A DNA stretch of 64,000 nucleotides from positions 82,741 to 146,740 of the forward strand of contig JBAZMP010000001.1 in the NCBI GenBank assembly GCA_041649715.1, read 5' to 3'. The translations under genes and the position numbers were made by a program. The first letter of the stretch is position 1. Each line of letters opens with the position of its first letter. The stretch is from Patescibacteria group bacterium. Its GTDB lineage: Bacteria > Patescibacteriota > Patescibacteriia > JAXHNJ01. The notes beneath the pieces were generated by a model. It was given only the letters and a program-made list of their open reading frames with translations. It was not told the origin of the DNA and did no database searches. Positions 28,810-38,506 of the stretch are shown here, one piece after another.

Positions 28810-28892
28810 ATTTCCAAGTTATCATAAAAACAGAGGCTTGTCAAGAGTATAGCCTCTCTCAAAAGTGTTAATTAGCTGTTTGTATCTCTTGA

Positions 28893-29831
28893 TTATTTTC
28901 CCCAATCAACAAAGATGTTTTTTGTTTTTCCCTGGGCTTGCAGATATTGATGGCAGGCAAGGGCAGCCTTGGCCCCTTCCCCCGCGGAGATCACAAGCTG
29001 TTTATAGGGGGTATCCGTCACATCGCCGGCGGCAAAAACACCGGGCAATGAGGTGCGGCCCTGATGGTCGACGATGATCTGATTTTTTTCGTCTTGCTTC
29101 ACGAGACCGGCCAGAAAATCCGCTCTAACCTCATACCCGATTTCTACAAAAACTCCCTCAACGTTTAGCGTAACATTTTTTCCTTTCTGTTCAACGATTA
29201 TTTGATTGACCTTATTTTCACCCTTAATTTCTTTGACGGCGCTATCATAGAGAATTTCTATGGCTTTATTCTTTAAAACTTGGTTGATCAGTATTTCTTC
29301 ACCCCTGAATATTTCACGGCGATGGATGAGATATACTTTTGGCGAGTTTTGGGCTAGCATCAAAGCGGCATCCAGGGCGGAGTTGCCCCCGCCGACGACG
29401 GCCACGGTTTTATTTTTATATAGCGGCGCGTCGCAATTGGCGCAGTAAGCCACGCCCCTGCCGACAAATTTTTCCTCGCCCGGCACCCCCAGATGCCGGT
29501 GGGAAAGACCCGAGCTTAAGACAAGGGCAGAACTTAAATATTCTCCGTTATTGGTTTTAACCAAGAATTCATTTCCTTTTTTAGTAAGACCAATGGCTTC
29601 CTCGCCTTTGAACTCAGCGCCGAATCTCTGGGCCTGTTTTAAGAAGTTCATCATCAAGGTGGCGCCATCGGCTGCTTCAACGCCGGGATAATTTTCAATC
29701 AGGCCGGCGTTGGTCGCTTGTCCGCCGATATCTTCGGAAATCAATAGGGTTTTGAGATTCCGTCGGCTGGCAAAGATAGCGGCCGAGAGTCCGGCTGAAC
29801 CGGCGCCGATTATAATAACATCATATTTCAT
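28893..29831 (-). CDS. trxB: Thioredoxin-disulfide reductase
   Basis: GAGSAG, CANCD, GGGNSA, AAGD. Confidence 0.95.
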   Translation of the reverse strand: MKYDVIIIGAGSAGLSAAIFASRRNLKTLLISEDIGGQATNAGLIENYPGVEAADGATLMMNFLKQAQRFGAEFKGEEAIGLTKKGNEFLVKTNNGEYLSSALVLSSGLSHRHLGVPGEEKFVGRGVAYCANCDAPLYKNKTVAVVGGGNSALDAALMLAQNSPKVYLIHRREIFRGEEILINQVLKNKAIEILYDSAVKEIKGENKVNQIIVEQKGKNVTLNVEGVFVEIGYEVRADFLAGLVKQDEKNQIIVDHQGRTSLPGVFAAGDVTDTPYKQLVISAGEGAKAALACHQYLQAQGKTKNIFVDWGK

Positions 29832-29838
29832 GTTTATA

Positions 29839-30162
29839 TTATATATATTTATTAAGTTCCGCGATCAGCTTGTCTTTGGTCTGCAGACCCACGGCTTGCC
29901 AGATCACTTCGCCGCCCTTAAAAATCATTATAGTGGGGATACTTTGGACCTGATATTTTTCCGCCATTTGTGAATTCTGATCTACTTCTAGTTTTCCGAC
30001 CTTGGCTTTCCCGGCCATTTCGGCTGCGACGGCTTCTATAATCGGCCCCTGCATTTTGCAGGGTCCGCACCAAGTCGCCCAAAAATCAACTAGGACGGGT
30101 AATTTTTGTTCTTTTAAAACTTCGACTTCGAAGTTTTGATCAGTGAAAATAATTTCAGACAT
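29839..30162 (-). CDS. trxA: Thioredoxin
   Basis: WCGPC. Confidence 0.97.
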   Translation of the reverse strand: MSEIIFTDQNFEVEVLKEQKLPVLVDFWATWCGPCKMQGPIIEAVAAEMAGKAKVGKLEVDQNSQMAEKYQVQSIPTIMIFKGGEVIWQAVGLQTKDKLIAELNKYI

Positions 30163-30169
30163 AATATTT

Positions 30170-30424
30170 TTAATTAATTTTAAATAAATTGTTAGTTATA
30201 TATTCAAGCTGCTTTATTTTATCATGTTTTACCCCTTTTTCACAAAAACAGCGCGAGCTTTCGTCCTGTAATATAGCCGAACATATTTTTTCCAAGGAAG
30301 CCCGGCTGGCCAGCAATTGCTGGATAATTTCCTTGCAATCGCGTTTTTCTTCCAGCATTTTTTCAATACCGGCGATCTGGCCGCTTAGACGATGGAGATG
30401 CGATTTTATAGCTGATTGTTCCAT
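30170..30424 (-). CDS. CsoR/RcnR/FrmR-family repressor
   Basis: L.RL.GQI.GI.KM.EE...C..I..Q..A.R.SL. Confidence 0.9.
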   Translation of the reverse strand: MEQSAIKSHLHRLSGQIAGIEKMLEEKRDCKEIIQQLLASRASLEKICSAILQDESSRCFCEKGVKHDKIKQLEYITNNLFKIN

Positions 30425-30461
30425 ATTTTGGCGAATTTAAGCCTCAGACGGTAAAAGGAGG

Positions 30462-30480
30462 TATACTGGGGGGGAGTATA
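30462..30480. promoter_or_regulatory. CsoR/RcnR-type operator
   Basis: TATACT-G7-AGTATA fits TACT-G6-N-AGTA and lies just downstream of a TTGACT-17-TATTAT promoter. Confidence 0.8.
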
Positions 30481-30619
30481 TTTATAATATGGTTATATCA
30501 ATATAAAGTCAAGTTATAAAAATATTTAGATTAGAGGGGTGCGGAAAATGCAAATTAAAAACACCTTAGCGGAAAGGTGTATTTTTCTGACCTATTCGTT
30601 AATCAGATCAGCTTTACTT

Positions 30620-31198
30620 TTATAAGGTCGGCGCAGGCTGTCCAGCTAGCCAGAGGTTCCAACAGAAAATGAAGTCGTCAGACTCAAGGTAAGTACTGAT
30701 TTCTGCGTAATCTCCAAGACAACTCAGAAATTTCTGTTGGTAGTAGACGTGATCACTTGAATCCCCAGCAGGGCCTTCCGGGCCTGTTGGACCTTGCGCT
30801 CCAGTAGCTCCTGTTGGCCCCTGTGGTCCTGTCGGACCGGCTGGACCCGCAGGCCCTCGTAATGCAGTGCTCGCAAGATCCACGGTTAAGTTACCTTTTA
30901 TTTCTACATCGTCATCAATAATGAGTGGTTTGTCGTCTCCGGGGCCTTGTATAGCCCCGCGATAGAGGCGACCATCAATACGTATGTTGTCGCCGAAGGT
31001 AACGGGGTTGTCCGCTCCGTCAGTCGTTGTCGCATTGATGATCGTTCCGTTGAAATATGTCACTCCGCCGAGGCCCTGCTGTCCGACCTTTAGGGAATTG
31101 ACCTGCAGGGTGTCGTTAATGACCTGGGTGGCCTGGGCGGTTTGTGCGATGATAAAAACCGCAATAGCGACCCCCAGAAAGATTGGTAGTTTTCGCAT
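30620..31198 (-). CDS. Secreted protein with collagen-like Gly-X-Y repeats
   Basis: Signal peptide ending AQA; about 11 GXY triplets. Confidence 0.8.
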   Translation of the reverse strand: MRKLPIFLGVAIAVFIIAQTAQATQVINDTLQVNSLKVGQQGLGGVTYFNGTIINATTTDGADNPVTFGDNIRIDGRLYRGAIQGPGDDKPLIIDDDVEIKGNLTVDLASTALRGPAGPAGPTGPQGPTGATGAQGPTGPEGPAGDSSDHVYYQQKFLSCLGDYAEISTYLESDDFIFCWNLWLAGQPAPTL

Positions 31199-31345
31199 AA
31201 TGTTTCATTCTTTAATAATAAATGTAGACATTTTTATTATAGTCTCGTCCAAAAAAAACAAGCATAAAAGAACATATTGTTGATATATTAACAAGATTAA
31301 GTTGATAATAATCAAAAAACAGCTATTTTATTAATAACTGTTCTT

Positions 31346-31421
31346 TGGTGGACCTCAGGGGGCTCGAACCCCTCACCTCTTCCATGCCATGGAAGCGCTC
31401 TACCAAATGAGCTAGAGGCCC
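31346..31421 (-). tRNA. tRNA-Ala(GGC)
   Basis: Cloverleaf, G3:U70 pair, loop ATGGCAT, CCA. Confidence 0.94.
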
Positions 31422-31483
31422 CGTTAGAAATCTATGAAAATTATTTTCGTTTATGGATACGCAATATACATTTCTAACGGGGC
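31418..31483. repeat. Palindromic element GCCCCGTTAGAAAT/ATTTCTAACGGGGC
   Basis: 14-bp perfect arms; overlaps the tRNA 5' end and supplies the stop codon of the adjacent ORF. Confidence 0.85.
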
Positions 31484-31956
31484 AAGCCCAGATTATTATG
31501 CCATAGAATTAGTTCTATTTTCCTTCCCAATTTACCGTTTTTTTTACCAAATGTCCAATGATGGATAACCGGTGATCGTTTACGAGAACTATTGCTAATC
31601 GCTTTTTTATTTCCGATATAAAATCCGATATGTTTGTGAAATTTGCCATTTTTCGATTTTACTGGCTCCCAGATCAAAACGCTTCCAATTTTAGGTTTAT
31701 TCACGGATTTCCACCCTCGACGTATCATATCCCCTTTAGTACCCTCGACAGTCGCATGTGTGGTTGCTATTAGATTAAATATAGCTAGAATTGAAGAAAC
31801 GTAGAATGCGCAGGAATAAACTCCGTTAGTAATGTCAGTCTTTTTTCCTTTAACTTTCACATACAAATGTTGAAAAAGGCGGGTACCCACACTTGTCTTA
31901 ATGACTGTCAGATAAGTGGGTAGAAGCATTAACTTAACCTTACTTTTTTCAACCAT
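31474..31956 (-). CDS. NlpC/P60/CHAP-like cysteine hydrolase
   Basis: SCAFYVS (Cys) and HIGFYIG (His); start MVEKS. Confidence 0.65.
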   Translation of the reverse strand: MVEKSKVKLMLLPTYLTVIKTSVGTRLFQHLYVKVKGKKTDITNGVYSCAFYVSSILAIFNLIATTHATVEGTKGDMIRRGWKSVNKPKIGSVLIWEPVKSKNGKFHKHIGFYIGNKKAISNSSRKRSPVIHHWTFGKKNGKLGRKIELILWHNNLGLPR

Positions 31957-31962
31957 ATTATT

Positions 31963-32036
31963 TGGTGGAGATACCGGGAGTCGAACCCGGGTCTCGGCAA
32001 TGCGAATGCCGCGTATTGCCACTATACTATATCCCC
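31963..32036 (-). tRNA. tRNA-Ala(CGC)
   Basis: GGGGATA acceptor stem, loop TTCGCAT, CCA. Confidence 0.93.
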
Positions 32037-32097
32037 AAGAATTATTGTATTTGTGGTACTCCCCTGCTTGTTTTTCCTGATTATAGGGCAGGGGATA

Positions 32098-32170
32098 TGC
32101 CCCCACCAGGAATCGAACCTGGATTTATCCCTTAGGACGGGACCGTTCTAGTCCATTGAACTACAGGGGC
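32098..32170 (-). tRNA. tRNA-Arg(CCT)
   Basis: Cloverleaf, loop GTCCTAA. Confidence 0.9.
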
Positions 32171-32183
32171 TAGTATTTAAATT

Positions 32184-32228
32184 GTCCATTGTCTCCCTTC
32201 GGGAGATCTGCGTAGGCAGAAACTACAG
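32184..32228 (-). pseudogene. Copy of the tRNA-Arg D-arm region, interrupted by a 29-bp twin hairpin (32192-32220)
   Basis: GTCCATTG|TCTCCCTTCGGGAGATCTGCGTAGGCAGA|AACTACAG vs GTCCATTGAACTACAG in the tRNA. Confidence 0.8.
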
Positions 32229-32341
32229 TGTGTATTTTTTGGTTTATTGTCACTCAGCGAGTGATTCCTGTCCCTACGAGATATCTTTCGTTCGGATGGC
32301 GAAAAAAGGGGAAAGACAGGTGAGGGATTAGGTTTTAAAAA

Positions 32342-32357
32342 TGTTCCACGTGGAACA
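32342..32357. promoter_or_regulatory. parS: parS centromere-like site
   Basis: Perfect palindrome TGTTCCACGTGGAACA. Confidence 0.85.
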
Positions 32358-32489
32358 TTTTGTTATTTTGAGGCTAATATTAGGTATATTTTCATTAAAA
32401 ATCAAGAAAAAAAAGTAAAATATATGAAAATAATTTGAAAAAAATATATTATTTAGCTATATATAGCTAATAATAAGTGTCGCAAAATG

Positions 32490-32738
32490 CTATTTGATAA
32501 TATATGATGAAATATGTTCAGCAAAATGAGTGACTTTGCTTGTTTTCAGATCAAAGACATACAATCCGATAAATATAACAATTATCGTAAAAGTTAAAAC
32601 AAATACCTTAGTTAGATTATGTTTCAAAATTTGATGGTATGTCTGCTCGTTAGTATGCGATATATTTGCTACCGGCTTGATAGCTGGTTGATTTTGGGTA
32701 AAAAATGCCTGAAATTTCCTTTTTTTATCCTTGCTCAT
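32490..32738 (-). CDS. Small membrane protein
   Basis: Single TM helix. Confidence 0.6.
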   Translation of the reverse strand: MSKDKKRKFQAFFTQNQPAIKPVANISHTNEQTYHQILKHNLTKVFVLTFTIIVIFIGLYVFDLKTSKVTHFAEHISSYIIK

Positions 32739-32879
32739 ATAAAAATAATACGATATTTAATAAATTTTATCAAGTAAAAACTTGACAAATGGCTAATTTT
32801 AGCGTATAATAAGGCTATAGGAATATTCTAAGACATTTTTTGCATATTCTTGGCATATTAACTAGCCGTATTATTATTA

Positions 32880-35800
32880 ATGAAAAATGCGATAATTAAA
32901 GCATATAGTGCCCATCAAAGAAGGTTAAATTGCATTAAAGAAGCGCCAGGCTTTTTTAAGCGTATTTCTATTTGCGTTCCGACTATAACTCGGGAAATAT
33001 TTTATAGTTTGCTTTATCTGCCGCATTTTTTAATTAACCTGCCGTATGATAATTTTCTCAAGGTAGCACCGCGGGATGAAAAAGGAAAGTGGATAATTTC
33101 TTATTCTCGATATTTAACCTACAAAAAATACGCCTTAAGCTTTCTTACGGTGTTTTTGTCAATATTTGGGTTAGTTTCATCTTTTATTATTTTTAATTTT
33201 AACGTATCGCCGGCGCAAGCGGCGGTTGTTTGTTCAGAACCTTTAACGGTTACCGTATTAGCACCAGCCTCAAATCAAACGATCTGTGTCGGCGAATCTT
33301 TTACATTTTCCGGATTTTTCAGAGATAGCGCAACGGGGACAACTTGTACCTCTTTAATTGAGTATACGGGAGTAGTAAATAGCAGCATTATTTCGACTTC
33401 GACCCCTATCAAGGTTTTATCAGGCTCGTATTTGGGGTCGGTTAACAATGAGACGACTACCTGGAGCAAAACTGTGTATGGTAACACAGCCGGTACTCAT
33501 ACTATTAAATTTAACGTTATAGCTCCCTCGGATATCGTTTATAGTTCTTCGACAAAAACCATTACCGTTAACTCTTTGGTCGATTGGGGGGTCGGGGAAC
33601 TTTCCCATTCCGCCAATACAACTTCTTCTATCACTTGGTCTTGGTCTGACATTGCCAGTGAAACTGCCTACCGGATAATGGATACTGGAGACGTCAATAA
33701 ATCAGGCGATTTGGCCGCCAATACCACTTCGTGGCAGGAGACAGGTTTATCCGCCAACACCCAATACACTCGTTATGCGCAGGCGGTTAATTCCTGCAAT
33801 AGCGTTAATACGGAAGATTCAAGTGTTTATACTTCTATTGAGTCTCCGACCGGAATCAGCTTTGATAACGTTGAAAAAAATTCCATTACGGTTTCCGGCA
33901 GCGGCTCTATTTCCAATCTCGCTTCCGGCAGTTCAGGCATCTATTTCGCCGAGAGCGTGACCGCCACCAACTCCGGCTGGCTGCAAACTAATTCCTGGGA
34001 GAAAACGGGTTTGACCGCCAATACCCAATATTCTTTCACCGGCCAGACAAGAAATAGCGACGGTGATACCACCACGGCCACGGCTGCGGAAACAAAATAC
34101 ACTTTAGCGGCGGATGCGGCGGCGACCGCCGACAAGATTGAAAATACCTGGTATAACACGGCCGACATTGTCTTTACCAACACGCCCGGATTCGGCGGGG
34201 GCGGCGTGGAATATTACCGTTATATTTGGGACCAAAATGACACTTATGTTTTTAATGATACAGAAACACAGTGGGATGCCGGGACCTTGACCAAAACCGC
34301 GACAAGCGAAGGAGAATGGTATTTACATATTAAGGCTTATAATGCGGAGGATGTGGCGGCCGCCAGTGGCGCCACTTTGGACTTAGGGCCATATGGTTAT
34401 GACGCCACTGGGCCAACGATCACTAATAATCAGTCTGGCGACGACACCTGGCGGAACGGAGCCGGCACGACCTATAACGTGGATTTTTCCAGCGGTGGTA
34501 ATTCCGATCTGGACTATGCCCAATACGCGGTGGGTTCCAGTCAGGGTGATACGGACATTATCGGCTGGACGAATATTTTTACGGATGATGTCGCCTCTTA
34601 CGAAACTAACTGGTCAGTCGATTTTAATAATCTAGAGGAAGGGGTAAATTATGTTTCTTTCCGGGTTTATGATTTGGCGGGCAATCTGACCACGGAGACC
34701 GATCCGGGATTTTATATCAAGGTTGATATCACCGAGCCAGTAATTACTAATAACGTTTCCGGTGATAATTCCTGGCGCAACGCGGCCGGAACAAGTTATG
34801 ACGTGGATTTTCTCTCCGGCGGCGGCTCGCTTTTGGATTACGCCCAGTACGCCGCGGGCACCTCTGAGGGAGCCAGCGATCTAATCGGCTGGACCAATAT
34901 TTTTGCCGATAATACCGCCAATTACACCGCGGCCTGGACCGTTGATTTTGCCGCTCTGCGGGAAGGTACCAATTATATTTCTTTCCGAGTTTATGATCAG
35001 GCGGGCAACGTGACAACCGTAACCAGCCAGGGTTTTTATATCAATAAAGATACCGTGCCGGCCAATACGGCCAGCGTTGAGACAGAGGCCACGACTGCCA
35101 GCGCCGTCATTACCTGGACGACGGACGAAGCCACGACCACCCAGGTGGCCTGGGGCACGACTGACAGTTACGGCAACCTTACGGCTGAAGATACGGACAT
35201 GGAAACCAGCCACAGCGTGACCATTAATGGTTTGAACGATGACACGATTTATCATTTTATACCCCTGGGGGACGACCGGGCGGGAAATCTGACCGCGGCC
35301 GCCGACTACGTTTTTACTACTGATCAGGTCGTGGCAACCGTCATCACTGATGTCCAGGTGACGGAAATTAATACTACTTCCGTTAAGGTTACCTGGACAA
35401 CCAATCACGCCGCTGATTCCAAAGTCCGATACGGTCTGACCACCGCCTACGGCGACGAAGTTTATGAGAGTGATTTGGCTACCAGTCACTCGATCACTAT
35501 AACCGGCTTGACACCCGATACCACTTATCATTATGAAGTCATAAGCACGGGTAATACCACCACTTACGACGCGGATGCAACTTTCACGACCGAAGAAGAA
35601 GAACCCGAGCCTGAACCAGAACCCGAGCCTGAACCAGAACCCGAGCCTGAACCAGAGCCGGGAACAGATACATATTTAGCTTCGCCGACCATCGTCTATC
35701 CCGAGGATAACTCGACCATAGATCTGGCGCGGCCGACGATCACCGGTCTTTCCCGTTCAAATAACACCATCTTTATTTTTATCGACGGTGATCTGGAAAA

Positions 35801-36464
35801 TACGGTCTTAAGCACCAACCATCCTTCCGGCACGGGTTCCTTTTTCTATAAAATGAGGCGTGACTTGAACGAGGGTGTGCACACTTTATATACGATAGCC
35901 AGAAATAGCGAAGGCGTTTATTCGGCGCGTTCGCCCAAAATATATTTTACCGTGGACTTACCATATATCACTCCGACGCTGCTGGAGCCGGTTTTCACGG
36001 ATGGCGCCAATCCGACCGTGATCATCCGCGGTGTGGCTTATAATGATTCATTAATCAAGGTTTATGTGGACGGCGTTTATGTCGGCGAGTTCAACGTTAC
36101 CAATAGCGTTAATAATAATACCGCTTCCTTTACTTATATCTTGCCGCTTTCCGATTTGTCCGTCGGCCAACATGGTATAACCACCAAAGCTTTTGATCTT
36201 TCCGGTCAAGCTTCCAACTTTTCCAACGCTGTCAGTTTCACTAAAACAGAAGCTTCCACTACGACAAATCAGCCGAGCTATGAGTTTACCGCCGGCCTGA
36301 CTTATCGCGTGGTCAGCGGTGATTCGCTTTGGAAGATCGCGGAGAGGTTTTACGGACACGGCCAAGATTACTCAAGGATTGTTTATGCTAATATTAATAT
36401 ATATCCTTCTTTGGCGACAAATCCCAGTTTAATCCAACCAGGCTGGCAACTTATCATTCCTTAA
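32880..36464 (+). CDS. Large surface protein with FN3/Ig-like repeats, a Pro-Glu linker and a C-terminal LysM domain
   Basis: GL.ANT.Y FN3 motifs, duplicated domains, YRVVSGDSLWKIA...LIQPG LysM. Confidence 0.88.
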   Translation: MKNAIIKAYSAHQRRLNCIKEAPGFFKRISICVPTITREIFYSLLYLPHFLINLPYDNFLKVAPRDEKGKWIISYSRYLTYKKYALSFLTVFLSIFGLVSSFIIFNFNVSPAQAAVVCSEPLTVTVLAPASNQTICVGESFTFSGFFRDSATGTTCTSLIEYTGVVNSSIISTSTPIKVLSGSYLGSVNNETTTWSKTVYGNTAGTHTIKFNVIAPSDIVYSSSTKTITVNSLVDWGVGELSHSANTTSSITWSWSDIASETAYRIMDTGDVNKSGDLAANTTSWQETGLSANTQYTRYAQAVNSCNSVNTEDSSVYTSIESPTGISFDNVEKNSITVSGSGSISNLASGSSGIYFAESVTATNSGWLQTNSWEKTGLTANTQYSFTGQTRNSDGDTTTATAAETKYTLAADAAATADKIENTWYNTADIVFTNTPGFGGGGVEYYRYIWDQNDTYVFNDTETQWDAGTLTKTATSEGEWYLHIKAYNAEDVAAASGATLDLGPYGYDATGPTITNNQSGDDTWRNGAGTTYNVDFSSGGNSDLDYAQYAVGSSQGDTDIIGWTNIFTDDVASYETNWSVDFNNLEEGVNYVSFRVYDLAGNLTTETDPGFYIKVDITEPVITNNVSGDNSWRNAAGTSYDVDFLSGGGSLLDYAQYAAGTSEGASDLIGWTNIFADNTANYTAAWTVDFAALREGTNYISFRVYDQAGNVTTVTSQGFYINKDTVPANTASVETEATTASAVITWTTDEATTTQVAWGTTDSYGNLTAEDTDMETSHSVTINGLNDDTIYHFIPLGDDRAGNLTAAADYVFTTDQVVATVITDVQVTEINTTSVKVTWTTNHAADSKVRYGLTTAYGDEVYESDLATSHSITITGLTPDTTYHYEVISTGNTTTYDADATFTTEEEEPEPEPEPEPEPEPEPEPEPGTDTYLASPTIVYPEDNSTIDLARPTITGLSRSNNTIFIFIDGDLENTVLSTNHPSGTGSFFYKMRRDLNEGVHTLYTIARNSEGVYSARSPKIYFTVDLPYITPTLLEPVFTDGANPTVIIRGVAYNDSLIKVYVDGVYVGEFNVTNSVNNNTASFTYILPLSDLSVGQHGITTKAFDLSGQASNFSNAVSFTKTEASTTTNQPSYEFTAGLTYRVVSGDSLWKIAERFYGHGQDYSRIVYANINIYPSLATNPSLIQPGWQLIIP
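35601..35654 (+). repeat. 18-bp tandem repeat x3 encoding an (EP)n linker
   Basis: GAACCCGAGCCTGAACCA x3. Confidence 0.9.
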
Positions 36465-36549
36465 AATATTACCGTAACAGTCAAAAACAAAAAAAAGAAA
36501 GCGGGAAGCTCATATAGGCGTCCCGCTTTTGAATGTTTGAACTACCGGA

Positions 36550-37149
36550 TTACCGGTAGCCCCCCTTGATTTCTCCCCAGCTGGTCCGGTCGGTACCGAT
36601 TGGGATCACCGGTACCGGTATGATTTTCCAGGCATACAGCGCGTGGCCGGTGATAGCGATGACCAGGCGGACATCGTAGGTTTGGCCGGGAGAAAATCCG
36701 AAGTCGCAGAGATCAATGAGCAGGGGCGAGGACCATTCGCAGTAGGATTTAGTGTCTGTCAGGTCCAGGACTTCGACTCCGGATTCGCCGGGGCTTTGGC
36801 AGACATAGACCTTGAAGCTGCCGATGAGGCCCGCGGCTTGAATGAATTGGAAATCGACTTTCCCGGAGGCCGGCACCGTCAGAGGTCCCCAGGTCAAATC
36901 AAAATCTTTGAAACCGCTGATGGGAGCCGGGTAATACCGTGAGTCAGAAATTTGGCAGGCGCCGGTGCTGAAAGTGCTGGGGGACCGGCCGGTCAGAGGA
37001 AGAACGGTCCAATACGGCCAGGCCGCCGCCGGATCCTTTTCCGCTCGGACTTCGAGGACTTCGGCGGCGATAACCGGAACGGCGACTGCGAGGATGAAAT
37101 AAAAGGAAAGGGCGATGGCGAAAATAATCATCAGGAGCGACGTTTTCAT
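36550..37149 (-). CDS. Secreted protein ending SWGEIKGGYR, stand-alone cassette
   Basis: Signal peptide, AAGGAGGT SD, TTGACA-17-TATAAT promoter, terminator. Confidence 0.8.
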   Translation of the reverse strand: MKTSLLMIIFAIALSFYFILAVAVPVIAAEVLEVRAEKDPAAAWPYWTVLPLTGRSPSTFSTGACQISDSRYYPAPISGFKDFDLTWGPLTVPASGKVDFQFIQAAGLIGSFKVYVCQSPGESGVEVLDLTDTKSYCEWSSPLLIDLCDFGFSPGQTYDVRLVIAITGHALYAWKIIPVPVIPIGTDRTSWGEIKGGYR

Positions 37150-37308
37150 GAGTACCTCCTTTTGGGTGGTAAAAAGCCTTCTGCTTTCTATGTACCAAAT
37201 TTGTGTTCATATTATAACTGGATATTTTTTAACTGTCAAAAATCACCTTTGACAATTAAGCGATGTTATCTTACAATAATTAGGCGTTATTATTAAATTT
37301 AAAAATCT

Positions 37309-37722
37309 ATGTTCAAGTCAGACCAAGAAACCTACAAAGAAGCCGAGACGGTGATCGGCCCCTCTGTGAAAGTGGAAGGGAATTTCGCCAGTGACGGCGA
37401 CGTGGTGATTGAGGGGCAGTTAACCGGTACCCTGAAGACTTCTAAAAATGTAAAAATCGGGGCCTCGGCCAGGATAAAGGCCGATGTGGAAGCGACCAAT
37501 ATCTTCCAGGCCGGAGAAATAAGGGGCAATGTTAAAGTCTCGGAAAAATTGCAGCTAAAATCCACCGCCAAAATCTTCGGCAATGTGGAAGCCAATATTC
37601 TATCGGTCGATGAAGGCGGCATCTTGAATGGTAAATGCCAGATGATGAAGAAAGAGAACCCGGCCGGAGAACAAAATCCCGACTTATTCGCGAGCGAAGA
37701 CAAAAAAAAGAACAAAAAATAA
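37309..37722 (+). CDS. Bactofilin (polymer-forming cytoskeletal protein)
   Basis: TVIG..V.VEG...G.V.I.G beta-helix repeats. Confidence 0.92.
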   Translation: MFKSDQETYKEAETVIGPSVKVEGNFASDGDVVIEGQLTGTLKTSKNVKIGASARIKADVEATNIFQAGEIRGNVKVSEKLQLKSTAKIFGNVEANILSVDEGGILNGKCQMMKKENPAGEQNPDLFASEDKKKNKK

Positions 37723-37743
37723 TTTCTGGATATTTTTTAACTC

Positions 37744-38496
37744 ATGTATCACTACATTTACGATTCTTTCTTATCGGACAAAAGATACGAGAACGATCTC
37801 TCGCTGATTGAAGCGAGAATTTTAGCGCTTGGGATAAACGGCCGAATGGATAAACTGACTATCCTGAAAAATTTGAAAGAAATCGTGGAAGATAGCGTAA
37901 AAAGAGGGGCGGAAACACTGGTGGTGATCGGCGACGATATGACTCTGGGCAAGGTGATAAGTTACGTCGCTCCCTTTCGCAAAGTGATCTTGGGTTATAT
38001 CCCCTTGGGCCCCAAACAGTCGATTGCCCGTCTTTTAGGCATTCCTGGCGGGTTAGCCGCCTGCGACATACTATCGAAAAGAATGGTCAAAAAATTCGAT
38101 TTGGGCAAGGTTAATGAGAAATATTTCCTTTTTTCCCTGAACGTGACGAAAAACAACGTCGTCATTGAATGTGACGGCAATTATAATTTTAAGACCGTCG
38201 TGCCGTCCTCGCTTCTCCGGATCTGTAATTTGGGACTGCCGGAGGAAGGCGTTTTTTTCAACCCCGGCGACGGACTGCTGGAAGCGGTGGTGGTCAACCG
38301 GAGCACCGGCTGGAATTTTTTTAAAAAAAGCTATAAAAAAGACAGCATTTTTCCTTTCAAAAAAGCGAAAATAAAATGTGAGACCGAGTGCGTGCCCCTT
38401 TTGCTGGATGGGCAGACGGTCGTTAAAACTCCGGCGGCGGTGGAGATTGCGCCGGGGCGCTTGAATATCATTGTCGGCAAAGACAGAAAGATTTAA
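37744..38496 (+). CDS. Diacylglycerol kinase-like protein
   Basis: VVIGDD.T, LGYIPLG, FDLG, LLDG. Confidence 0.75.
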   Translation: MYHYIYDSFLSDKRYENDLSLIEARILALGINGRMDKLTILKNLKEIVEDSVKRGAETLVVIGDDMTLGKVISYVAPFRKVILGYIPLGPKQSIARLLGIPGGLAACDILSKRMVKKFDLGKVNEKYFLFSLNVTKNNVVIECDGNYNFKTVVPSSLLRICNLGLPEEGVFFNPGDGLLEAVVVNRSTGWNFFKKSYKKDSIFPFKKAKIKCETECVPLLLDGQTVVKTPAAVEIAPGRLNIIVGKDRKI

Positions 38497-38506
38497 GATC
38501 ATAATT

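Noticed and set aside
31957-32106. N-terminal extension of ORF 31474..32106
   Set aside because: Runs through tRNA-Ala(CGC) and the end of tRNA-Arg; the real start is probably 31956
32360-32490. oriC
   Set aside because: AT-rich and next to parS, but no DnaA-box cluster or dnaA/dnaN
35601-35654. CRISPR array
   Set aside because: In-frame tandem repeat without spacers; no cas genes or repeat-spacer arrays seen in the window
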